A stretch of DNA of 64,000 nucleotides from Candidatus Hodarchaeota archaeon (GTDB lineage Archaea > Asgardarchaeota > Heimdallarchaeia > Hodarchaeales > Hodarchaeaceae): positions 1 through 64,000 of the forward strand of contig JAEOTC010000075.1 in NCBI GenBank assembly GCA_016840035.1, read 5' to 3'. The notes beneath the pieces are model-generated. The model was not told where the DNA came from. It did no database searches and saw nothing but the letters and a program-made list of their open reading frames with translations. Below, piece after piece: positions 1 to 8,994 of the stretch. Made by a program: the position numbers and the translations under genes. How positions within the stretch are numbered: the first letter of the stretch is position 1; every line of letters begins with the position of its first letter.

Positions 1-1
1 C

Positions 2-727
2 GAGCTAGATGTTGATGTAGGAGATAATCTTGTCCTCGAGCATTTATTTCGTGAATCGGCATACCAATATTCAATGTTAAATACTACCGTTGAGGTTATA
101 GGCATATATGGGAGTCAAGTACGGTTTTGGGCATTCATGGATTTGGTTTCTGCTGACATCTTGAATTGCACAGGACTTGTTAATTCATTAATTCTTCTAC
201 CAAAACCAGGTTTCTCTCATGAATCCATTCAGGAGGACCTATTCGAAGCTCCAGGATATAGTGGAGTTCAAACTATCATAAGACTGGTGGAAACATATGA
301 GGAGTTAATAGAACTCTTCACCTCGATTTTAACTGTAATTCAATATGCAGTTATGGCATTAGCCCTTCTGATGGCATTTAACACTGCTTCCATTAATTTT
401 GATGAGCGAATACGTGAGTTTGCAACCATGGGGGCATTTGGTACACCAATTAGAACCTCGGTCTGGATGCTAATGATTGAAAGTATTATCATTGGCCTTT
501 TTGGTACCTTCTTTGGTTTTTATCCTTTAGGACTGATAGTTATGGAAATTTTCCAAGTACAAATTCGTACCTCAATGCCTGAGGTCACCATCAGTGGATA
601 TTTATTCTCTGATAGTCTAGCAATCATCTTATTTATTGGAGTTGTTCTGGTTGCATTGACTCCCCTCCTATCTGTTAGAAAGTTATTGAAAATGGATCTT
701 CCGTCTTCTCTTCGCGTTATTGAATAG
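2..727 (+). CDS. ABC transporter permease, FtsX/MacB family (5'-truncated by window edge)
   Basis: Frame is open from position 2. C-terminal FtsX signature 'ERIREFATMGAFG...ESIIIG' plus 3-4 TM helices. Confidence 0.85.
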   Translation, partial: ELDVDVGDNLVLEHLFRESAYQYSMLNTTVEVIGIYGSQVRFWAFMDLVSADILNCTGLVNSLILLPKPGFSHESIQEDLFEAPGYSGVQTIIRLVETYEELIELFTSILTVIQYAVMALALLMAFNTASINFDERIREFATMGAFGTPIRTSVWMLMIESIIIGLFGTFFGFYPLGLIVMEIFQVQIRTSMPEVTISGYLFSDSLAIILFIGVVLVALTPLLSVRKLLKMDLPSSLRVIE

Positions 728-919
728 TAAAATCAATACCAGCATGCGATTATACTTTACTCCCAAAATTGGTTTTTTTCTTTCCCTTCTGATAATTAAA
801 TAACTATTCTCGTTCTCCACTCATTCTACTTGGAAATCAAAATACTAAAATACTGAAAATCTAGTATTAAACAGTAATCTCTAATTCTTAGCATCATTGG
901 AAATTCTGGAAGGAAAAGC

Positions 920-1438
920 ATGAGTTTTCTTCGTCGACGTAAATCGAAGGTTAGCACCATTCGAAGCGAATCAAAACTTGAACTTCAAAAGGGAATGGAT
1001 GCTAGCAGGGAAGATCGTGAGAAATCTGGGGAAACTAGCACTTTACCTATGGAACGGCCTAAATTAAGTTTGGCTGAGAAAATTACACGACTTGAAGAGA
1101 GACTAAATACCGCTGACACTCGAAGTAGTCCCCCTAAGCATATTGCGGTGATTAGAAATCTTGCAAAAGGTTACATGAAGCTTGGGGGAAAAGAAGATGC
1201 GTCTTATTATGTAAAAGCTGAAAATCTATTCAAACAATTCAATGTCCTTTACCCGCTACATATGGAAAAAATCGATTGGGTTGCATGGATTGAAGCGAGC
1301 GCCAAAGCTAGGTTGATACGTGAAGCAAGGAATCTTTTAGCAGAAGCACGATTACTTTTCCCAGGTGATGAAGATCTAGATGTAGTTGAAACTGAAGTGC
1401 TTCATATTGATCATGCTAAAGCTAATGAAAATATTTAG
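920..1438 (+). CDS. Hypothetical protein with helical/TPR-like C-terminus
   Basis: 172-aa ORF. Basic, disordered N-terminus followed by helical hairpins (EARNLLAEARLLFPGDEDL resembles a TPR end). Confidence 0.6.
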   Translation: MSFLRRRKSKVSTIRSESKLELQKGMDASREDREKSGETSTLPMERPKLSLAEKITRLEERLNTADTRSSPPKHIAVIRNLAKGYMKLGGKEDASYYVKAENLFKQFNVLYPLHMEKIDWVAWIEASAKARLIREARNLLAEARLLFPGDEDLDVVETEVLHIDHAKANENI

Positions 1439-1475
1439 TTAGTTAGTTTTTCATAATTCAGTAAGTTTAATCCTT

Positions 1476-2696
1476 CTACCATGGATTTTCGACTATATTA
1501 TCTTTGAAAAATAATATTCCAAGAATGATTCCAGAGAAAGCGATAATTCCAGCAACTAGAAAATTGTAACGTATTGTTTCTAAGCTATCTGCTATGTAAG
1601 CACTGAGTATGGTTCCTAATGCCTGACCACCAAATGAACCTGCTGAATATAGACCCATTGCTAATCCACGAATTTTTTGAGGAGTGTTATCAGAAATAAC
1701 AACTGGTGCTACTACAAAAAGTATGCTATAAGCAGGGATGCAGTACAAGGCGATTACAATGAATGGATTCTCTGCAAAAATATAGGTTAAAGTGGGAAGG
1801 ATAAAATAAATCGAAAGGCCTATTAGGATTAGAAATTTCTTACTGAAACCACCAGTAATCTTTCTACCTACAAAAAAAGAAACCACCATTCCTATGAGAG
1901 TGGCAATCGAATTAGCTACCGCAGCACGACTTACTGGTTGGTAGAGCTCGACTTCAATGAATATTGTGAAAAAACTCGCATAAAGGGAAACTGATGTTTG
2001 TGCGAGTAGAATTAAGAACAATAGGATAGCGATTGGCTTCAGTCCTTCAAGATAAGAGATCTCTATCTCATTTTCAATTCGGATGCTGGCTTCCTCTTGA
2101 TTGTTCAGCTTTGCTAATCTTTTTTCGGAATCGAGAAAGAGAACACCAATAAACGCGATAGCTGAGAATAGTGTTGCCATAAAAAATAGAGGTTGAAAAT
2201 TAGAACTGTCATTATCCAGTAATAAGGATGCTAGGATGCTACCGAGAAAAAATCCAAAGCTAGCCCACATAGTTAACCTACCAAAAACATTTCCTTGTTC
2301 AGTTTGATCTGAAGATTCTGTTGTAACTGATATATATCTATTGTAAGCAGGACTAAATGCTGATATTAATATATTAAACCCTATATACGCAAAGAAGAAA
2401 ATCCATGGTGTAGTGATGTTGTAATAGACGATAAAAGACAAACATTGCATTAAAAGTGCAAATGCAACAAGGTTTTTTGACCCAATTCGGTCACTTAAAC
2501 GGCCAAAAAAGGCAGTAGAGAAAATAAAGATGATGTAGGGAATACTGATAATGAGACCTGCTCCCCAAAAATCTCCTCCAGAAATCGTATAGAAATAATA
2601 ACTGATGAAAGGATTACTCAAAGCCACTGGGAAATGATAGAGTAGATAAACGATCTCAGAGCGATTCATTATTGTCATTCTAGCAAATCCAAGCAT
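1476..2696 (-). CDS. MFS transporter
   Basis: About 12 TM segments; motif A 'GRLSDRIGSK'. Confidence 0.9.
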   Translation of the reverse strand: MLGFARMTIMNRSEIVYLLYHFPVALSNPFISYYFYTISGGDFWGAGLIISIPYIIFIFSTAFFGRLSDRIGSKNLVAFALLMQCLSFIVYYNITTPWIFFFAYIGFNILISAFSPAYNRYISVTTESSDQTEQGNVFGRLTMWASFGFFLGSILASLLLDNDSSNFQPLFFMATLFSAIAFIGVLFLDSEKRLAKLNNQEEASIRIENEIEISYLEGLKPIAILLFLILLAQTSVSLYASFFTIFIEVELYQPVSRAAVANSIATLIGMVVSFFVGRKITGGFSKKFLILIGLSIYFILPTLTYIFAENPFIVIALYCIPAYSILFVVAPVVISDNTPQKIRGLAMGLYSAGSFGGQALGTILSAYIADSLETIRYNFLVAGIIAFSGIILGILFFKDNIVENPW

Positions 2697-2852
2697 TGTT
2701 GTGAAATTGTTCCCGAGAGAGAAAGGGAAGAAGAAGATGTTTATATTATTCTACCCTAAAAAAAAATAAAATACTCCCCTCTACTTCCTTAGTTCCACAT
2801 TCAGATTCCTTATATACCAGTTTTCAAGAGGTAAAATCAAATAACTTGAACA

Positions 2853-3197
2853 ATGAAGGAAAAAAAAATGGTTTATTGCGAAACTTGTGGAGCAGAAAAT
2901 TCGGAAAGTGCGAAATTTTGTAAAAGTTGTGGCGGGACATTAAGCCCTGGTTCAGCTGCAGGAGGATCAGTCCAATATGCACCCCAAAAACAATCTATCG
3001 GTTTTGGGGATCGAAGAACGGGAGAAAACCTTGTTTTGAGATGCACTCTCTGTGGAGGCCAAGACTTTGCCAAAGATAAGGGTAGATTAGATTCTAAATG
3101 GGGTTTTACTAGTTTTAAAGTCATAATGATGAGTTGTCGCCATTGTGGACATATTGAATTATTTAACCGTGGACGAAGTATCTTCGATTTCGATTAA
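2853..3197 (+). CDS. Two-zinc-ribbon protein
   Basis: CETC/CKSC double zinc ribbon and a CTLC...CRHCGHIELF second ribbon. Likely start is ATG 2868. Confidence 0.8.
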   Translation: MKEKKMVYCETCGAENSESAKFCKSCGGTLSPGSAAGGSVQYAPQKQSIGFGDRRTGENLVLRCTLCGGQDFAKDKGRLDSKWGFTSFKVIMMSCRHCGHIELFNRGRSIFDFD

Positions 3198-3206
3198 ACT
3201 AAAGAT

Positions 3207-3223
3207 AGAGGAGTTCTTCCTCT
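3207..3223 (+). terminator. Hairpin followed by T-rich tract, probable terminator
   Basis: AGAGGA-gttct-TCCTCT, then T-rich sequence, just downstream of the stop at 3197. Confidence 0.45.
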
Positions 3224-3298
3224 GACAATTTTTCATTTAATTTTCTTTTATATCCAAATCATATAAAATGTCTAAGATTACTTCCATGATTGAAGATC

Positions 3299-3883
3299 AT
3301 GATTGAAGTCAAATTCCTAGGTCGCGGAGGATATGGTTGTGTTTCCTCTGCGCGGATACTAGGAATCGTTGCTGTAAAGCATGGATTATGGGCTTCCTCT
3401 GTTCCACGTTTTGGGGCAGAAAGACGGGGAGCACCAGTTCATGCTGATGTTAAAATCTCTAATAAACTAATTCGTGACAAATCTCTCATCAATCAGGGAG
3501 ATATGACTATAGTGCTGAATCAAGGCGCATTTACAACAGAAGAAATAATTTCTCATACCAAATCTAATGGTTTAATTATTTTAAATGGAAAAGAATACAA
3601 AAACACTGATTCATTAAAGGGGCAAAGAAAGCTTATCCTAATAGATGCTACAATGCTTGCGAAGGATAGATTCAATACTACTTTTGGGAATATAATATTA
3701 CTTGGAGGGGTATTTTCACTGCTAGGATTAAATGATTTGAAGATTATAATACAGGGTGTGCAGGAGGGGCTTCCAACACTTAATTTAGATCAAATCACAG
3801 AAATGATTACACTAGGATCAGAATCCATAGAAGAATTTCGCAGTTTAATGGATATTCTAGGTGATTGGAGAGAAAAGAAATGA
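3299..3883 (+). CDS. porC: 2-oxoacid (pyruvate/ketoisovalerate):ferredoxin oxidoreductase gamma subunit
   Basis: 'GRGGYG' and 'FGAERRGAPV' motifs; first gene of a gamma-delta-alpha-beta operon. Confidence 0.9.
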   Translation: MIEVKFLGRGGYGCVSSARILGIVAVKHGLWASSVPRFGAERRGAPVHADVKISNKLIRDKSLINQGDMTIVLNQGAFTTEEIISHTKSNGLIILNGKEYKNTDSLKGQRKLILIDATMLAKDRFNTTFGNIILLGGVFSLLGLNDLKIIIQGVQEGLPTLNLDQITEMITLGSESIEEFRSLMDILGDWREKK

Positions 3884-4152
3884 CGTATGATCAACATAAG
3901 GAGAATCCAATCTCTCCGTGGTTGCCAAGAAATTCTTCAATGATAAATCAGACAGGTAAATGGGCGCTGAAACAACCGAAAATTGATAAGAAGAAGTGTA
4001 CCGTATGTTTAAAATGCTGGATTTTCTGTCCAGACTCAGCTATAAAGTTTGAAAATTCATCAATTAGTGTAGATACACTGTATTGTAAGGGATGTGGAGT
4101 GTGTGAGGTTGAATGTCCCGTGAACGCGATAAGGATGGTGGAAATAGAGTGA
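3880..4152 (+). CDS. porD: 2-oxoacid:ferredoxin oxidoreductase delta subunit (2x[4Fe-4S])
   Basis: 'TGKW...P', CxxCxxCxxxCP twice, 'YCKGCGVCEVECP'. ATG 3880 overlaps the upstream TGA. Confidence 0.92.
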   Translation: MTYDQHKENPISPWLPRNSSMINQTGKWALKQPKIDKKKCTVCLKCWIFCPDSAIKFENSSISVDTLYCKGCGVCEVECPVNAIRMVEIE

Positions 4153-5354
4153 CCAAGGAATTCCTTTCAGGCAATCAAGCAATTGGAGAGGCAGTAATGC
4201 TTGCAAGAACTGAATCCATTGCTGCTTATCCCATAACACCTCAAACAGGGATTGTAAATCATCTTGTAAACTTAATTTCTTCAAAAAAATTTGCTGCTAC
4301 AATGGTTCATGCGGAAAGTGAATCTTCTGCCTTGTCAATTGTTGTCGGTAGTACTCTCGGGGGAATCCGCTCATTTACTGCAACGAGTAGTCAGGGACTT
4401 TTAATGATGGCGGAAGCAACGTATTATACTTCCGGAATGCGCGTACCTCTAGTAATGACTGTTGTGAATCGAGGTTTGAGTGCGCCAGTTACGATTTTCA
4501 GTGACCATCAAGACTCAATGACATTACGAGATAATGGGTGGTTACAATTTTACTGTAAAAATGGACAAGAAGCCCTAGATACCATTTTAACTTCTTATGC
4601 GATTGCTGAACACCGAAAAGTCCTCCTTCCTGTAATGGTATGTATTGATGGTTTTGCTATCAGTCATAGATCAGAGCCTATTGTAATACCATCTCAACAG
4701 TCCGTGGATGAATTCTTACCTTCTTTCTCCCCTGAATTTCCATATATGACCCTAGACGAACCAAAGTTCCTAGGTACTGCCGCTTGGCCTGATTATTATG
4801 AAGAATTTGTTTATCTTAGAAACAAAGCCTTGAAGGATTCTCAAGAAGTTATTATTGAGACCTGCAACAAATACTCTGGAGCTATAAGACCAATTGTCCC
4901 CCTTATTAGTACGTATAATGCTGAGGAGGCAGAGATTATTATCATTGGAATCGGATCAATGATGAGTACACTTGAAGTGATTGTCGATCAGCTAAATGAC
5001 TCTAGCTCAGGTTCAGTAGGATTAATTCGTTTAAAATGCTTTAGACCGTTTCCAGCCAAGGAAATTTTATCAAAAATCAAATCGAAATCAAAAATAATTG
5101 TTTTAGATAAAGCTGTGAGTCCGGGTCAAAGTGGGCCATTATTTCTAGAGATTTCTAGTATCCTGCAGACATCAGGAGAAAATATTGATTGTTATGGTTT
5201 TATCCTCGGTTTAGGGGGCCGTGAACTTACCCTAGCTTTAGGAAAACGAATACTCCATGCCATCAAGGAATTAGACCCTCGATCAACTGATTCTCGTCAG
5301 TACTGGATTGATTTAAATCATGAAACGATAAAGAGGTGGACTACCAGTGAGTGA
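4149..5354 (+). CDS. porA: 2-oxoacid:ferredoxin oxidoreductase alpha subunit
   Basis: 'AAYPITPQT', 'ESESSA', 'TATSSQGL', 'FRPFP'. GTG 4149 overlaps the porD stop. Confidence 0.93.
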   Translation: MTKEFLSGNQAIGEAVMLARTESIAAYPITPQTGIVNHLVNLISSKKFAATMVHAESESSALSIVVGSTLGGIRSFTATSSQGLLMMAEATYYTSGMRVPLVMTVVNRGLSAPVTIFSDHQDSMTLRDNGWLQFYCKNGQEALDTILTSYAIAEHRKVLLPVMVCIDGFAISHRSEPIVIPSQQSVDEFLPSFSPEFPYMTLDEPKFLGTAAWPDYYEEFVYLRNKALKDSQEVIIETCNKYSGAIRPIVPLISTYNAEEAEIIIIGIGSMMSTLEVIVDQLNDSSSGSVGLIRLKCFRPFPAKEILSKIKSKSKIIVLDKAVSPGQSGPLFLEISSILQTSGENIDCYGFILGLGGRELTLALGKRILHAIKELDPRSTDSRQYWIDLNHETIKRWTTSE

Positions 5355-6261
5355 GCTTCCACTTAAAAACCTTCGAGATGTCAGTGAGAGATATCTATCA
5401 GAATGGGTAGCTCCTGGAAATGCTGGTTGCCCTGCTTGCGGAGCAGTACTAGCAGTAAGGTTAGCTATGAAAGTACTCGGAGAAAATACATGGGGAGTAA
5501 TGACTACAGGCTGTATGGCGGTCAATTATACCGTACCTGGAACTGGAACGGCTCGAACCCCCTGGATTCATCCATTATTTGGTAATGCACCTGCTCTGGG
5601 GTCAGGACTCGCAATCGCTCTTGATCGTAGAAACTTACAGGATGATATTAACTTACTAATTGTAGGAGGAGATGGCGCTACTGCAGACATAGGATTTCAA
5701 GTCTTAAGTGCAGCCATACAAAGACAACATCGGTTCATCTACTTGTGCTATGACAATCAAGGTTACATGAATACTGGGGGCCAATCCTCAGGGACAACTG
5801 AATTAAATGCCGTAACAAAAACTTCACCGTTTGGATCAATAACTGAGCCCAAAAGATTATCTGAAATCTTTATGAATCATCAGTTGAAATATCTCGCAAC
5901 TGCAAATATAGGATACCCTGTTGATTTTATGAACAAAGTTCTGAAAGCAAAACAAGAAGATGGACCTTCTTATATACAAATTTCAACTCCTTGTATACCC
6001 TCATGGGGGGTTGAGTCAGCTCAAATGATCAAAGTAGCGAAAAAAGCTGTTACAACAGGTTATGAAATACTGTACGAATATAGCCATGAAGACATTACTT
6101 TATCGAATCCCAGTAGAAAATTTCGGAATAAATCAAAGAGAGATCCACTCATTGAGTATTTTGAACTCCAAAAACGCTTTTCACATATAATAAACGATGA
6201 TCAAGCCCTCTCATTGATGGAAAAGCGAGTTGATGATAACTGGGAAAGAATAGGATTCTAA
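5347..6261 (+). CDS. porB: 2-oxoacid:ferredoxin oxidoreductase beta subunit (ThDP-binding)
   Basis: 'GCPACG', 'GGDGATADIG', 'YDNQGYMNTGGQ'. Confidence 0.93.
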   Translation: MSELPLKNLRDVSERYLSEWVAPGNAGCPACGAVLAVRLAMKVLGENTWGVMTTGCMAVNYTVPGTGTARTPWIHPLFGNAPALGSGLAIALDRRNLQDDINLLIVGGDGATADIGFQVLSAAIQRQHRFIYLCYDNQGYMNTGGQSSGTTELNAVTKTSPFGSITEPKRLSEIFMNHQLKYLATANIGYPVDFMNKVLKAKQEDGPSYIQISTPCIPSWGVESAQMIKVAKKAVTTGYEILYEYSHEDITLSNPSRKFRNKSKRDPLIEYFELQKRFSHIINDDQALSLMEKRVDDNWERIGF

Positions 6262-6285
6262 TTCCTCTTTCTTACAGGTCAGATA

Positions 6286-7251
6286 TTATTTCCAGATCTT
6301 GCGGAAAACACGTTCATAGTTACCACCCATTATTTTCTGCACATCTTTTTTACTAAACCCTTCTTTTTCAAGTAATGGGACAATTTCCTTCATTTTACTA
6401 GCATTCTCCAATCCTAAGGGAGTAGTAGCTATACCATCGAAATCAGAACCGAGACCAACGTGATCTGTTCCTATAAGCTCCGTCATATATTTGATATGCT
6501 TGATTACGTCCTCTATTGAAGCTTTTTCTGGCTTATCAGCTAAAAATCGGGGGTAAAAATTAATTCCCACTACTCCATTAGCAGAAGCAATCATTTCTAA
6601 TTGTTCATCTGTTAAGTTTCTAGAAACAGAGCAGACTGAATGGGCATTTGAGTGTGAATCAATAAATGGTCCGTTAACATGTTTAACTACATCCTTATAC
6701 CCTTCATAATTCAAATGGGCAACATCAACAAGCATACCTAGAGTTTCCATTTCCTCTAATAAGAGAATTCCGTCTTTAGATAAGCCTCTTCCTCCCTGTT
6801 TATCCTTAAAACTAACTCCTTCGCCAAAAAGGTTATGTCTACTCCAAGTCAAACCAATATTCCTGACTCCCAATTCATAGAGTAATGGCAAGATCCTAAG
6901 ATTTCTTTCTATCGCAATAGCTCCCTCTAAACTTAGAACCATTCCTGTGGAAGATTCCTTATTCTGAGAAAGAAAATCGAGATCTGTAGGAGAAGTAATA
7001 ATCGTATAACCTTCTTCTTGTGCGAGGTTATTAGCTAAAGATATCATTTCAAGTGTTACATCTAAACCGATTTTTTCAAGTTTGGGGGGTACAAACATTG
7101 CAAAAACTTGCACGTCTACCTTTCCTTCCTCTAAATATTCTTTTGTGATGTGAAGAGGGTCTGCTTCTTGGGAAGAAAAGCGCATAAGTGTACTAAAATA
7201 TAGTTTCAGTAATGTGTCCGCGTGGGCATCAATAACTAAGTTTCGTGTCAT
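6286..7251 (-). CDS. Membrane dipeptidase (peptidase M19)
   Basis: 'DAHAD', 'SLEG', 'DVAH', 'SHSN', 'GSDFDG'. Confidence 0.92.
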   Translation of the reverse strand: MTRNLVIDAHADTLLKLYFSTLMRFSSQEADPLHITKEYLEEGKVDVQVFAMFVPPKLEKIGLDVTLEMISLANNLAQEEGYTIITSPTDLDFLSQNKESSTGMVLSLEGAIAIERNLRILPLLYELGVRNIGLTWSRHNLFGEGVSFKDKQGGRGLSKDGILLLEEMETLGMLVDVAHLNYEGYKDVVKHVNGPFIDSHSNAHSVCSVSRNLTDEQLEMIASANGVVGINFYPRFLADKPEKASIEDVIKHIKYMTELIGTDHVGLGSDFDGIATTPLGLENASKMKEIVPLLEKEGFSKKDVQKIMGGNYERVFRKIWK

Positions 7252-7255
7252 AAAA

Positions 7256-8041
7256 TCAACTCAAAAAATCATCTAGCTGTTTAGTCCGAACAGTATTGGT
7301 GGGACGTTTGAGAGTAGGAAAAATCTCTTGCCAAGGGATGCTTACATGTTCCAGATTGTGTGTTTTCAAATAAGCAATAACCTTTTTGGGAATATGATTC
7401 GCTACTAAAATTCCTCGGACTGCTTCCCCTTTTTTTTGGAAAAATTCAATGTATCTATGCAATTGATAAGCATCGGTAAGTGTAGCTGCTTGTTTTTTAA
7501 CTTCGATGACTGTAAACGTACCATTGGAATCTTGACAGTATAAATCGATAAATCCAAAAGCAATTTCCTTCTCACGTTCAATGATTTTTAGATTAGACTC
7601 GATAAGTTCAGGATGGAGGACGAGCTGGTCAACAAAATCCTTCTCATCGCCAAAAGTTTGACTTCCCTTAGAAAGTCGCTCCTTAATCTGAAGAAAAGCA
7701 GCAAACCAGACTTCATAGAAAGTAATAAAAAACGATTCATCAGTTTTTGGCCTATAAGATTCCATAATTAGAGTGGAATTCTCAATGTTATAAGTAAAAT
7801 TGATTTTCCCTGCCCTAGCCTTTTGCCATTGAACAGGACGTGTTCCAGTTGCATTATGTAAAAGGATACTTCCATCCTTCTTAAGTATTAAGGTACGATC
7901 TCCTTTATCAAGAGTGGATTTTATGCGACCGTCAAAAATAGAATCACAAACCCCTACTATGAGGATCATGTCATTATCAAGATGGGAAGGGAGACTATCA
8001 GCAAGTTTGGACATGTCAGTCGGAAGTAACTCCAATTTCAA
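7256..8041 (-). CDS. nucS: Endonuclease NucS/EndoMS
   Basis: 'GDRTLILKKDGSILLH', 'PVQWQ', RecB-like 'IDL...VIEVK...QLHRY', and C-terminal PIP-like 'KQLDDFL'. Confidence 0.9.
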   Translation of the reverse strand: MKLELLPTDMSKLADSLPSHLDNDMILIVGVCDSIFDGRIKSTLDKGDRTLILKKDGSILLHNATGTRPVQWQKARAGKINFTYNIENSTLIMESYRPKTDESFFITFYEVWFAAFLQIKERLSKGSQTFGDEKDFVDQLVLHPELIESNLKIIEREKEIAFGFIDLYCQDSNGTFTVIEVKKQAATLTDAYQLHRYIEFFQKKGEAVRGILVANHIPKKVIAYLKTHNLEHVSIPWQEIFPTLKRPTNTVRTKQLDDFLS

Positions 8042-8054
8042 CCCATATCTCTAA

Positions 8055-8501
8055 CTATATTTCATCAAGAGCTTGATCGAGAAGACTCTTTGAGAAAGTC
8101 GCTTCAACAGATTGAGCAGCTTTGAGAAGATTGATTTGATCACCAATCTCTTGGGAAAATCTCTTAATTGAGTGTTTTATCCTCTGGATATTTGCATTTG
8201 CTGAAATAACGCCAACAAGGATACAATCATCAGTTATAGATTGTAAAATCAGCTTGCCCTCACTAAACTCAGAGAACACAAATCCGAGAGGACCCAATTC
8301 CACCTCATTTCCCTGCTGCCGCATTCCTATGAATAATGCCATAGACAATGCACCTATTCCTTCTAATTCAAGTGTTGATGTGGAACGTGTGACATTAGCT
8401 AGTGTAAGTCCAGTAGAGTCCGTAAGCATTGCATGTTGAAGTCCAGGAGTGTTTTTCAAGATCTTCACAAGAACATTATGAATGCTAACTGAAATATCCA
8501 T
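8055..8501 (-). CDS. Roadblock/LC7 (MglB-like) domain protein
   Basis: 'PGLQHAMLTDSTGLTLA...IGALSMAL...ELGPL...EFSEGKLI' fits the Roadblock fold. Probable start is ATG 8501; the ORF-track extension to 8558 lies within RNA hairpins. Confidence 0.85.
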   Translation of the reverse strand: MDISVSIHNVLVKILKNTPGLQHAMLTDSTGLTLANVTRSTSTLELEGIGALSMALFIGMRQQGNEVELGPLGFVFSEFSEGKLILQSITDDCILVGVISANANIQRIKHSIKRFSQEIGDQINLLKAAQSVEATFSKSLLDQALDEI

Positions 8502-8539
8502 GACTAACTTTGTCAGACAACTCTTACATAAAAGTTCTG

Positions 8540-8764
8540 GACTGGATGAGTCACACATCCTCTATCCGGCAGATCGGCACTCTGCTAAGAAATGCGCTCC
8601 ATTAGGATTACTTTACTAGGAAAATTCGCTTATAACCTCACACTTCAGCCAATGCCACTTCGTTCAGGTATTGATCCCTTCGCCTTTGACGAGTATCTCG
8701 TCTAACGTAGTTACAAAGGGATCAACCAAAAGATTATTGCTTCTATTTCGTTCATCACCTCTCT
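8540..8764 (-). ncRNA. Putative structured RNA / long structured 5' leader, family unassigned
   Basis: 10-bp stem 8671-8680/8716-8725 enclosing two hairpins; more hairpins at 8569-8585 and 8544-8560. About 46% GC over 8541-8720 by hand count. GTGATGA at 8758-8752 and CTGA at 8667-8664; TATA-like TTTAAATA at 8796-8789. Confidence 0.5.
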
Positions 8765-8788
8765 TTAAAGGAGTTTAGAGGGAATTTT

Positions 8789-8796
8789 TATTTAAA
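8789..8796 (-). promoter_or_regulatory. Putative archaeal TATA box
   Basis: TTTAAATA about 25 nt upstream of the start of the structured region. Confidence 0.4.
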
Positions 8797-8994
8797 TTTG
8801 ATAGAGAGAAAGAGAAAGTCAATAGTATCGAAAATGGAAATTTCGGACGAAAATGACCATGTAAAATATATCTCCATTAAGATCGAGGAGAAAGTTATTG
8901 CTTTTTCTACCGACAAAAGATTTTTTAATAAATTCTACTCACACACTCCAATTAAGTTTGAAAAGATTGTTAAATAGGTTAAAGGTGATGGTAA

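Noticed and set aside
8502-8558. Cys-containing N-terminal extension of the Roadblock protein (MCDSS...CKSC)
   Set aside because: It overlaps RNA hairpins and the Roadblock fold begins after ATG 8501; probably untranslated, though not excluded.
8540-8730. RNase P RNA, SRP RNA, hammerhead ribozyme or HEARO/omega RNA
   Set aside because: No GAGGAAAGUCC/ACAGAA..GGCUUA pair, no SRP helix-8 motif and no hammerhead core. CTACGTT and CATTGG resemble HEARO only in isolation, and no IscB/TnpB gene is nearby.
8590-8764. Lysine riboswitch (minus-strand AGAGGTG ... GGAGCGC, about 170 nt apart)
   Set aside because: No P1 pairing between the ends, no correctly placed AGUA/GAA loop-E or ACUGUC elements, and downstream genes are unrelated to lysine.
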